Source of the DNA: Iphione sp. A-MEVVRFRX5
Lineage: Eukaryota
Direction: 5' to 3'
Assembly: GCA_976226885.1 (NCBI GenBank)
Contig: OZ320317.1
Span: 38,564,001 to 38,628,000 of the forward strand
DNA length: 64,000 nucleotides
Shown piece after piece: positions 1 through 11,350 of this stretch (its first letter is position 1; each line of letters starts with the position of its first letter). Under the pieces are notes generated by a model. The model was not told the DNA's origin. It saw nothing but the letters and a program-made list of their open reading frames with translations, and ran no database searches. A program made the translations under genes and the position numbers.

Positions 1-174
1 CATAAAAGTGAGAAGGTGTGTTACAGGTACAATAATGACACTTGTCATGACTCAAGTTGCAATTTTAAACATGCCTGTCTCGTGTGTGGATGTGAGGAGC
101 ATAAGGCCTATGAAAGCCTGAAAAATGTGAACAATGCTGAGAAAAACAAGGATCAGAGGAGTGGTAAGAAATGA
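1..174 (+). pseudogene. C-terminus of DIRS gag-like ORF1 (Cys/His-rich knuckle)
   Basis: Frame 1 reads HKSEKVCYRYNNDTCHDSSCNFKHACLVCGCEEHKAYESLK...KK* (stop 172-174). This resembles the C..(F/Y)N...C....C.F.H.C..C...H pattern at the end of DIRS ORF1. Confidence 0.6.
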
Positions 175-495
175 CTAGCTGGAGAGTCATCCAGTGAGTG
201 TAGCATCAATAAATTATTGACCTTTCCAGTATTTGAATATGTTGATGTTTTTCAGGAGTGCAATTTGAGTCACGTTTCTGATAATAACTTATTTAATACT
301 CATATGAGTTTAGGTATGAGAAAGAATGGTTGATTATTCCTAATGCTATGTCTGTTCCTGCTGGTAACACAGCTGTGACTCATTACTGTATGTTGTGTTT
401 AATAATTCTAATGCCATGAGAATTCATGAATCATGTATTGGAAGCACCTGCAGTTGCAGACATGTAATTGGTAATGTGCAGAGTTAACTACTCCA

Positions 496-1216
496 TTGCA
501 GCTTTTTCAGGGGGTGTGCTTTCAGCTTTTTGGGCCTGTCAATGAGGGCCTTCATTTGGGATGGAGTTGTCAACAGTTTCGGATAGTTGATGAAGGTTTT
601 TCTGGTACATATTTTTGTAAGAATTATAAATCGATTCTTGCTGAGCCATTCAAAACTCAAATATCTGAGAAGTTGTCTTCAGAGTTGGATGCAGGATTTG
701 TAAGTAAGGTTAGTCATAAACCTATGACCCGTCAGACTTGGGTACCCCTTCCATAGCATGGACGGGGTACCCAAGTCTGACAGTTCTTTGAGGCCGATTA
801 TGGATTGTTCTTGTCCTACAGGTGTCAGTATAAATAATTTCATGAGCGCAGTACATGAAGAGTTCACATATAATTCTGTGGGAAGTGTTTGTGAATTTTT
901 GAAACAGGGAAACTACCTTAGTGTAGTGGATTTCAGCAATGCATATCACTCTGTTTATGTGAGAGAGGACTGCAGGGATTTGCAAGGTTTTGCCTGGGAA
1001 GTGGATGGTAAAGACAAATTTTTAACGAGCAACACCTTGACATTCAGTCTCAAATGTGCTCCATTTATTTTTACAAGGCTATCAGATTTTGTAGTTCAGG
1101 AGTACATTCAGCAGAGAGATGTGAAGGTGGTGAAATATTTGGATGACTTTGTGGTATGTGGAGGTTCATATGAGGAGTGCTTGTCAAACAGACAGTTGTT
1201 GACAGATATCATTTAA
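496..1216 (+). pseudogene. DIRS reverse transcriptase, frameshifted and 3'-truncated
   Basis: ORF 496-756 (GF-RI, NYKS, SELDAGFV) and ORF 758-1216 (GVPKSD..LRPIMDCS, VVDFSNAYHSV, LTFSLKCAPFIF, YLDDF) are consecutive RT blocks in different frames. Homology ends just after the YLDD motif and no RNase H follows. Confidence 0.88.
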
Positions 1217-1229
1217 GGCTTTTTAGGGT

Positions 1230-1797
1230 GACTTTACAAGTCAATTTAGTTTGGCTCTTTGGTGTGCAGTATTATTGGGATTTAGAGGACTCCTTTGTAA
1301 GTGTCAATATACAGGAGACTCGATTTTGAGAAGGAGAGATGTTATGGTTGAAGAGAATAAAGTTGTTTTGCATATACGTCCATCTAAGACAGATCACTTT
1401 GGACAGAAACCCAGGAAGATTTTTCTCCTTAAATGTGATGATGAGAGATTTTGTATTGTCCATTGGCTTAGACTATTATTCACGTTTATTAAGGTGGATG
1501 ATGATTCTCCAGTCTTTTCTTATTTTGTTGGGAAGGATGTTCATGTTTTTGATTATGGTATTTTCCAATAGGAATTAAAGAGGTTGGCTGCCAAGGCAGG
1601 TGTTCGTGGTAGGATTTCTTCCCATTCCTTGAGGAGGGGGTGGGGGGGGGGCTTCATATTTACCCAGAGGGGGTGTTCCTTTGCATGTTATCAAAGAGAG
1701 AGGTGGTTGGAGTAGTAGTGCAGTTTTCTCTTATCTCAAACCAGATGATTTGTTAGCTAAAGATGTCCCTGTTGTTTCTTCTTTGGGGTTGGCCTAG
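1230..1797 (+). pseudogene. DIRS tyrosine recombinase catalytic domain, inactivated
   Basis: The sequence reads LLGFRGLLCK (catalytic Arg replaced by Cys, TGT at 1296-1298), LHIRPSKTD, a stop at 1569-1571, HSLRRG (1623-1640), a frameshift in a G-run, then IKERGGWSSSAVFSYL, ending at TAG 1795-1797. Confidence 0.85.
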
Positions 1798-1845
1798 TTG
1801 TGGGCATAGTAACCCCCACTTGGTTTGTCTGATGTTCTTCAATAT
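1798..1845 (+). repeat. Split direct repeat copy B1 of the YR retrotransposon
   Basis: 48 bp matching 2006-2053 with 1 mismatch; it starts immediately after the recombinase stop codon. Confidence 0.9.
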
Positions 1846-2005
1846 CCCAAATAAGCACATTTATTTGGATATTGTCAAGCAACCAAGACAACATATCATA
1901 TGAGCATAGCAACCGACATCACATACATGACACATCTGTATATTATGGAACATATTGTACACTAACCGTCATTCCACTCTGAATTTTTTCGTTAATAAAG
2001 CCTAT

Positions 2006-2053
2006 TTGTGGGCATAGTAACCCCCAATTGGTTTGTCTGATGTTCTTCAATAT
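2006..2053 (+). repeat. Split direct repeat copy B2 (element 3' terminus)
   Basis: Second copy of 1798-1845. It is preceded by AATAAA (1994-1999) and followed by TA-rich flank. Confidence 0.9.
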
Positions 2054-2511
2054 ATATATTTATATAGTGACTGGTCACCATTAAATGGCCAGAACCGGCT
2101 TCTTAAGCTAAGACTACCCACAAGGAGCCATCTTTGGAATGGTCAATCTGGTGTTCCCGTCATGCAGCACCCTTACATTATGGCTTTCTGGGAAAAAGGG
2201 CTCGAGAACGAAACTGGATAGTACGGATGAAATGGTATGACCATTTGTTTTAAAGCTAAGCAAGTATAAATGTATTAGATGACTTAAAGTGCTGTATACA
2301 TGGACGCGAACCTTCCGTTCCAACCACTTTGTGTATGGACATAGGAAGGACTGCTCCAAGCAGTTAAGATAGAATTGTCCCCATGTGAACAGACTCTCCA
2401 GACCTACCACTCTGTGTGTGCAGGGTGATCAGTGAACAAGCAGGACACCCGGCCCATGCCACCTCATGCATGCTAATAAAAGAATAGGATAGAACACAAT
2501 AGATTAAAATA

Positions 2512-2646
2512 GACAGGAATTCAGTGAGATCTGTACAAAAAAAACACATTAGCATGTATTTACACAAATTTGAGAGGAATTCAATGAGATCTGCATAAAA
2601 ACACATTATTTACAGAAATTTGACAGGAATCAAGTGAAATATGCAC
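2512..2646. repeat. Degenerate tandem repeat, about 50-60 bp unit, about 2.5 copies
   Basis: Units begin GA(C/G)AGGAAT at 2512, 2572 and 2622 and share TGAGATCTG, AAAACACATTA and TTTACA.AAATTT blocks. Confidence 0.7.
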
Positions 2647-4317
2647 ATATATACACACTTACACACACACCAGGAAGACAGTGCATATAGTTTGCACACA
2701 TGGGGAAAGACCTTGCCACCAGTTGTGGGGAGCAAAAAAGCAAATTGTTCAAAAGAACTAGAAAAGTGGCTACGTAAAAACACAAGATAGCAATTGCAGT
2801 TATTACATGCCCATATATTTTCAGATGAAAGGTGAAAAACGATTGATGCGTAAATCCTAGAAGCTTTCTCATAAGTCCAATGCTTGGCAAAATAACCAAA
2901 GCACAAATTGTAAGCATAAAATAAGAAATGAGCTACATGTTTGGGCTTCTACTTGCTCGTGTCCATGACAGAAAATGTCTACTTCAAATATTCGTTTTGC
3001 ACTAGAAGTTACGAGGAAAGCTGGCAATGTTGGGAGAAAACACGTTGTCACGAGAGCGGATGTCTTGATCTTGCACAGCCATTGGAGGGTCCCAGTGAAG
3101 GTATTGTAGCCATTCACTTTGGAGTTAGTTCACGTTGCTTCCAGATCTGTTTGTTGCTTACGTTATGGGAGTGTGCATATTTTCCTTTAACAAATATATA
3201 GCTATTTCTTCCATATCAAAAAGCAAATACGATGATTCCTGTATAAAGCATTTTTGCTTGCGTTGAATAATCAACAAGACAATGAAAATCAAACGGAGAA
3301 ATGGTTAAATCTGAATAGCTAACACTCAAGCGATTGAATTCCGTACTGAAATAAGAACTATATCAACCACGAATTGTCTACACGTTGCATTCAGATTGCA
3401 TTTACTACATGTCATTCTCAATAATGCTAAAGATAGTTAAATATGAATAACCTGTAGCAGTGCTGATATATGGAAGAAATTGTTGTTTTTCTCCACTCCA
3501 TGGTTTCAACCTGATTTATTGTCATTGCCAGGCATTAAGTGTTATGCAAAAACTCACTCCTGCTCGGTGCCACCATTTGGTATCTGTGCTGAACTGCTTT
3601 TGATAGAGAGGTATACACAATGGCCAGTCATGGCGCTGTTTGCTCAAAGAATTAACCAGGCTGATCTTGTAACGCAGATTTCCTTTAGATGTTCCCCTGA
3701 AGGTGATCTCTGTCCTTTCCTTTCCATGCCTGCCTTGTGGGAGTCTTTCTCCACTCCGTTTCTTTACTGGCGACAGTATATCAAGAATACAGATGCTGCA
3801 GGTGGTTTGCCGATGAGTGATATAAAGACAACACCACTGTTTTTGCTTTAGGTGTGGTCTCTCGAGAAAATGTGTCTTTAAATGTACGTGCAATGTGAAG
3901 GATGGCTGGAATGCAGCGGTAAAACTATTTGGGGTCGGAAAGAAGCAAAACAGATGATGGAGATACAATGCTTAGTGTAATTTCTTAGCATCACTTGGTA
4001 TATTATTTCAGATTGGAAGCGTGATAAACTATGTCCCATATTAAACTCTGAGAATGATCCATAACGCCACGCAGGCCTCACGGTTTTGGTTTAAAAAGAT
4101 TTCTGTTCAAGAACCATAAACAAGACCATAGATCTACAGGCTCGCTAAATATAAATAGGATTAATGGTTTCCATCTAACTAGCCTTATAAGGACGCCCAC
4201 TATTGACCCACATGAAATTCGGCCATGTACAACCGGGCAGCACCTAAATTTACTAAATGTGCGCCTTAACTACCTGTTGTTATTCCGTCGATTGAAAAGC
4301 GTACCACCATTGACTGA

Positions 4318-4539
4318 AGCCTTAATATTCACCCCTTTTCAGGGCAACTGTCTGGTATTTATCCCCGGCTTGATAGGCATGGCATTACTGACTCAAGACA
4401 TTGTCTTGATGCTATTTCAGACTTCCTACTCTAATTCATACTATACCCTCGAGACCGATCTAATGGACTTAATGATATGACTTCAGTTGAAGTCTTTCGT
4501 TGTATATCCAATTCAGATATTGCTTCAGCGGATAAATAG
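4318..4539 (+). mobile_element. Possible old CR1/L2-group LINE 3'-end remnant
   Basis: One frame reads SLNIHPF...RHGITDSRHCLDAISDFLL*FILYPRDRSN...EVFRCI, loosely matching the C-terminal SLNxHLF..C..HFLLxCxxY..R region of CR1-group ORF2. An A-rich tract follows at about 4558-4597. The similarity was judged by eye only. Confidence 0.35.
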
Positions 4540-7500
4540 ATTGATATATGTATATTGAAAAAAAGAAACAACTCAGCTCTCATTTTAAAAAAAAATCAGA
4601 AAACCGTATTCAGTATCAAATGCAAGGAGTCTATCATTACTGCGGCTTCTGCTGCAGCAATTTGTTGTATGAGCAGATGATGTATAAGCAGAAGTATATA
4701 AGAATCAGTTGTTGACAAAAAGGTCTTTGATTCTCAGTTGTTTCCTGTGTCAGTCAAAGGTTTCGAGATGCTTATTCTAACCCAGAAATATCTTCAGTGT
4801 TTTAAGTACATATACACGAACCCGGAAACCAAATACATTGAATGCAATAGGATTTAGGTGTTTCATATTCTAGGGGGTATTCTTTAGAGTCCCATACCGT
4901 TTTGGCTGAGCACTGGCTATAGTTGTGCCCAGGGATATTTGCAACTGCACTAAGGTTAATAGATCCATCACGTGCCACAATTTTTTTACCTGAAGTGGCT
5001 ATGTTTTATGTTGTATCATCAAAATTGCTGAAGTCCTTGAAACCTTCCCAGTGGAATAAGGCAAGCAGGCTAGCAAATAAGGCGACCAAAACTGAGGTGA
5101 AGTTTTGACTTTGAACGAGAATTGGGTGATTTGTCATTTGGAAGGTGAAGGACCTTCTTGCCGCTTGTTATTTCGGTTCAACCATTCTTTAGGTTTTGTC
5201 AATCAGTCACGGCAAAGTACTTGCCTTTTAGCGTTTGCGGTATATGAGATTTGCAGTTACGCATTTGTCGTATAAAGTGTATTTTAATGATGTTTTAAGC
5301 TATTCAAGATGTGTTTACCATAAAACAGTGATTCATTTAAATAGCTTACGTGAAGAACGCCTGCACAAAGAGAGTTCTGTACCATTCTTCTGAACAAGAG
5401 AATGAACTATTAGGCCCAATATATCCACGTGTTTCTGGTTACCCAACCCTACCTAGAAAAACCTTACCCTACCTAAAATGTTTTTTGCCTCAGGGAGTTC
5501 CCAAGGCTGAATTTCCTTAGATGCATGTTTTCACAGCACATTTTTGGGTAAATACAATGAAAAACAATGAAATCCCTGTAAATTCAGCAAAAGAAATGTA
5601 GAACTTATACAAAATGGTACAAGAAAATGGCAAATTTCATCCTGACTGGGCCAGGAGAAAGCAAAATTCATGAAGTTTTCATTGAAAAATGGCGAGATCC
5701 ACGTAAATTTTCAGAAAAATGGCAAAAATATTTAACGGCTGTGAGGAGAAGTGAAGACATATGAGGAAATATATTGTTTTTTGCATGAAACATATCTAAC
5801 AAGGTAATTTTAATCCCACCTTTCCTATATACTGCTGTGCAAATCATGTATACATACATGGCCATGAAAATTGGGAACCTTTCAAATCTAAATTCATAGC
5901 TACACATATCTAAAAACATACTATGTGTACTGTACATACTACACACTATATGTATTCATAAGCAAGCAGTCCTGGTATGATCAATAGTTCCTAAAATAAC
6001 ACATCACACCTGTGCAAACACGTCAAAGGAAGTTTACAGTTTAGGTAAGAGGCAGAGGAGGAAGAAAATACACAAAGCTAATAAAAAAGACTTTAAATCT
6101 TCAAATTTTGTAAAGTAATGTGAAGTAATTGTGTAGAATACAAGTGATTTTTATTTAGTTTTGTTTTAGAGAGATGACCTGTCAGGACCACATGGAAATC
6201 TCATATGATGGCTCTTCCATTATCTGATATGATATTTATTACTATTGTAGCAGAGGCATGCTTGTCATCCGTTACTCCTCACCATATGGTGCAAGTATGA
6301 GCTAGGAATAGACATCAGGGTTGATTGCTATTACATAATCTGGTGTCTAGGTATTGTGTAAGAGTGATCACCTGGTTGCTCTGGTAACTGCTCCAGTAAC
6401 TTTACAGGAGCAGCCAATCAGAAGAGTTGCTGTGGTTATTTTTAGCAACAAGGCTAGACAGAATGTCAAGAACGTGAATATTTTTAGAACAGGAGCCAGA
6501 CATGTCTGGAGTGCCACTATTTTAAGACATCCTTATGTAATAATGGTATTATGTGACTTCTCTACTGGAGTATATAAGGCTGTACCTTTTCCTGTAATAA
6601 ACAGTTGTTCTCTCAATTGCACTCTAAGAGAGCACCATTCTAGCAGGCTGAATTTCTGCATTTGGAGTGAACCATATTTTATGAAAGTTGTTATCATTTC
6701 TTGTCACCTTCCTTGCTGGAGACCAAGCTTACATTACACCATTGTGCTGGCTCAAATGCAGAAAGGAAGAAATCTATTTTGGAGAAGTGTCAGTCTCTGT
6801 ACCCTATATATAAGACATGTAATGATAAAAGCAACCTTCTTCATATTGTCTTTATTATCATTGAAAACTGGAGGAAGGAAGTAAAAGAAGTTAAAAAAAA
6901 TTCCTCTCCTCTCTACCTAGGTTTTTGGCTGGTCTTAACTGGAAACACACCTATGCATACCATATGCATATGATATGTTAAATAAATTGTTTAAACAGAA
7001 ACCCAATAAAGAGGCCTTCTTTAATGCAGGTGGACTCTTGCCAACAAATAGCTCAAGTAATACCAAGAATAGAGCAAATACCTGCCTTAATTTGCAACCC
7101 ACCTCCTCCAACAAAAGAATTTATATATGTTGACTTGCTAGTATTCAAGAGATGAATGATAGCGGATTAGTTACATAAAATATTATACATCTTATGGTTC
7201 TTCAACATATTTCCTGTCTGTAGTTCCGCTAATGGAATATGTTCAAATCAAAGAAATATGTACGGTGCGCATTTTCCTTTTTTTCCTTAGGGAAGTGATT
7301 CTTGAAAACATCTCTTTAAGTGGCCCCATAAACACGTCAGATTGAGTTTAATATTAACTTAGTGTTGGACAACAGTAACTGCATGCTCCGTCCAATGAAC
7401 ATTTTGCACCCCAATTAGGCAGCGGTGTACTATCCGCCACTGATAATCAAAGGTCCAACCTAACATCCATCACCATAGGCTGTCGGTGATTGGCTTGTTG

Positions 7501-10500
7501 ATATTTGACGAATTGCAGATCAATATAGTGGTATTTTCATGTTATAGAAACTAAGTAGAAAGGAGGATTACAACAGCCAAACCAGGACCTAAAATGCTAA
7601 CTTGTGTTGACTTTTTCAGAAGAGGGGACATTAAGCAGCAATAGCATATTCTCTGTTATACTATTTAATCTATCGGAATACACATTTCATTCCACAGCAG
7701 TTTGTCCTATAATCAGTGAAATACTGATCCTTTTTTGACAGAATTATGGGATCCATATTTCCCTGATTGGATCATGTCCTTATCAAAGAAAACTATATTT
7801 GTACGGAAATACACATGTATGGACATTTAGGCTAGCGGCTGTTTCCCATTGGATCACTTTGCATCATAAACACTATGAAACGTATAGAAAGCAAGAAAGT
7901 TTAAAGTGTAGTTACATTGAAAATCATGTTACATGCGCAGCATGTCACACTGCGACATCGCTCTGTGCTGTGCTATAAATACCTTTAATTTAAAAAGCTT
8001 TTTTGACCTCCGATCTTGCATTGATCTGCCACCGAGTTGCTTACTTGCGTCTGTAAATTAGATGTTGCAGGGCTATTTTCCGTCATGAATTATTTCAAGA
8101 GCTGTTCGATAAATATGGACAGATCGTTGTATTCGACAGGTAACTGATGGCTCCCCTGATATTCGCACTCCTTACTCAGTGCCTCAGGATTGGTCTTAAC
8201 ATTTTCTTTCTGTGGTAATGGTGTTTTACAAAGTAGGTTTCTATCATAGTCTGAGAAGATGAAACGTAGCGTATTCCGAGCCATTCAATCAAAAAAATGT
8301 AGTTGATTATACAGAATCAATTGGATAATTTTTATAATTGTCACTGACGATATGTATGAACACATCATTTGTGGTGTCAGTTAAAAAAATCGCAGTTATA
8401 ATTTATTTGTCTCGGAAAATCATCGAAAGAGATTATTCTGTAAATATCGAAGAGTACACTAATTGGCGACTAAGATTTCACCACCAAAGGCATCTTTAGA
8501 AGTAGCTAATTTGGGCTTGGTCGCCTGGAAGCAGCGGCCAACTGAGAAGCCTCCCTGATGAACACAATCCCCGGCAGCCGTGACAGTACCCGAGGAGGCG
8601 CTGATTTATTGGCACCATCAACCTCCTTTTTCCTTAAAACGTGTGATGGTAAGTCTGCTGCTTAAATGGGTTTGTTCCTATGAATGATACATTAACCCTA
8701 CGTCTAATGTACAGCCCTTTTCATTGTCAGGGATTCGTGAGGCGCACGTGGGCTTCCTCAGTAAGGAAGGATACATCAACTTCTAATATAATGAGGTAAA
8801 GAAGCTGGTGTTAAGTGCTTTCTGTATAGAATTCACGCTATTGTAGCAATGCCCTCAAGCCTGTTTTAGAAGGAAGGAAAATCGGCCCTTTCAACAAACT
8901 GTTCCGGCAAACTGCAGCATAAACAGGTCAGTTTTGGGGGTTTGATGATGCATGTAACTTTCCTAGTTCCATCTGGAACTAAACTAATCATCTGTAAAAT
9001 ATTATGGTATTTATTATGATGCATATTGTAAATGGTCGAATTTTGTATTCTAACTGTCAAAGAATAAAGATTGTCATTTCTAGATGAACACTAATTAAGC
9101 AACCTGAATACGTTCACACTTTCCGTGGAATTCCTAATGAGGATTCATAGCATATTTTGCCTGTTTCAAATTCTGTCTTTTGTACTACTTACAACCGATA
9201 ACTTACACCGCATTCACCTACCTGTCAATACACAGTCTTTCGACGGACTTCGTTGAATGCCAGTCCCGGTATTTCTGAGAAATACATATACAACTATCTG
9301 TTGGAAACCTGTAGGTAATTATAGTTCAGGCATATATTTTCACCTTCCGTCCACGGATGCGTCTTCCCTGTTTTCCGCGTTGTGGATGCTTAACCTCTGC
9401 TGGGTCTTTAACGCATTAACATAGCTATGATACGTTCTGGCTAACGCAGTGGAATATGCAAGCATATTATGGTCTGAATACGTACTTATTTGTGTCCCAT
9501 TGAATATACAAATGCAATGGAGAATATGACCTCACATAACAGCAAATGTGATTCTGGGACAACAAATGACTCATGTTGCAGGCTTTGTGCCTTTCTTGAA
9601 ACGACTCTCGTGTGATTGAAATGCAAGCGTTTGTATAGGGCCAAAGGATTGGGCATTTTAAGATTCCCCATGAAATGCTGTCACTATTGCTATGCTCCTT
9701 TGCGCTGCATGGCGTAGGCGCCTTCTGGTGGAGTCGCTGACGACTAACCTTCATTTGCATAAGCCATTTATACGATAAAACCTATCCCGTATATTCATAT
9801 ATCTGTACGTTGGCTCTCTTATTACATAAATTTCAACGTCGATAGCATGTCCGTGTACGCAAATCAGGAATGTGTTCCGAATAGTAATGAATATATGACA
9901 TCACGGGTGACCACAAGGAACCTCCGTTTTGTTGTTGTTGTTGTTTTTCTTTTGTTTACAAAAACATCCTTGAACATGACTATTCTATAAAGTGTTTCAC
10001 ACCTGAAGCCGACATGGTTACTTCAGAGAAGGTGCCTATCATGCTTGATCCATGGTTTTGAAAGTTGTTGCTAACGCCTCGTGTCTGCCATGTGACCTTT
10101 TGCAAGCTAGAAATGTTGATACGGACGGGTGGCCGACACGTCGGGTGACAGCATCGATCGCTTCCAGACATATCATCGTCTCCGCCGAGCCACGGCACTA
10201 TCAAAACGCCTCCTCGCTGTCACTGCACAGGAACACACCCGCCACCTGCGGATATACCACAGAGGAGCCCCTAGTCCCGCTGTAATATCACTGGTCGATC
10301 TTACACTTATGAATGCGGACAGTAAACAAAAGTTTTGTCCTTGGCTGCTTAATGGAATAAGAGGAGAGGTAGAGTGTGTGCATGTGTGTATGTTTTAAGA
10401 GCATGGTTAACGTCGATACAGGCGGAAGCATGCTTCCTGTGGAAGCTAGCTTCGTTGCGACACAGCGATATGAAGTTACGAGGGGAGCTCTCCTCCCTTC

Positions 10501-10899
10501 GTCCTTTTTTATTGTATATATTCCATTCGAGGAGTGATATATTTCACTTACAGGGGTAAGTCCTCCTGCTAGTTTACGGCGGAGTTAGAGCCAGTCACTT
10601 CTTTTCAGGTCCTCCCTAGAGCAGGGTCCCCATTCTGGAGACGATACTGACCATTTATTTAGACGATGGGGGATGTTCTATTTGGGGGAATGGCGCTACT
10701 AACATAAGAAGCCAAGCCAAAGCGGGCAGATTTAAGTCAACTTATTTGGTCGGATGTGGTTGTACGTACAGACGGTCCCCACCACCAGTGTCTCAGGAGA
10801 CTAAATGTCTAGTATGTAACTCCTTAAACCCCCGTCCCCCCGGGTCCTCCATGCATCCGTTAGTCCCTGGGTAGGGCAACTGTGGAATGCATTATGTGA

Positions 10900-11350
10900 G
10901 TGTGTCCCATAGACGGTGAAAGCAGTGCTGGCCGGCCATGTAAGAGTGGACTGGATAGTAGGGAGAGGATGCCTGAGCTGCTCTAGGACGCGGGCGAGTT
11001 ACTCCAGCTGGCCTATTAAGCCTCGGCCACAGACCGCATTGCCCCGCCACCCGACTCCCCCTGCCCCAGCTGCCCCTGGTCTCGCCGCAGCCCCGGCCGC
11101 GTGGCAATATGGTTCACGCCGAGCAATATTAAATTGAATCCCCTCCACTATAAGTCATCCTCTCCAGAGACCCAGACGGCTCAAGCAGCGAGCAAAAGTG
11201 AGCAAGACACGAGCAGCAGCACGCGACGACTTTAAGACCGAGTCCGTGTCCGCCAGAATAGAAAGAAAGTGGACTGGAATGAGGTGGTGTAGGGTGCCCG
11301 CAAAATGGTCCATTATTCTGAGAAGCGGCTCGAAAAGCTGATGACGACTG
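10900..11350 (+). promoter_or_regulatory. CpG/GC-rich promoter-like patch
   Basis: High CpG density, a GC-box-like GCCCCGCC at 11041-11048 and a TATA-like TATAAG at 11150-11155, followed by a purine-rich leader-like sequence. Confidence 0.4.

Larger units (their letters stand above)
1..2053 (+). mobile_element. Tyrosine-recombinase retrotransposon (DIRS order, Ngaro/PAT-like split-direct-repeat type), 3' portion, degenerate and internally deleted; 5' end lies upstream of the window
   Basis: The order is gag-like Cys/His knuckle, then RT (YLDDF), then tyrosine recombinase (HSLRRG, GGW..Y), then a terminal 48-bp direct repeat pair. This domain order and end structure are characteristic of DIRS-order elements. 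Confidence 0.88.

Noticed and set aside
5531-5744. TCACAGC...GCTGTGA as MITE termini around AAAATGG repeats
   Set aside because: Only 7 bp of inverted match and no TSD.
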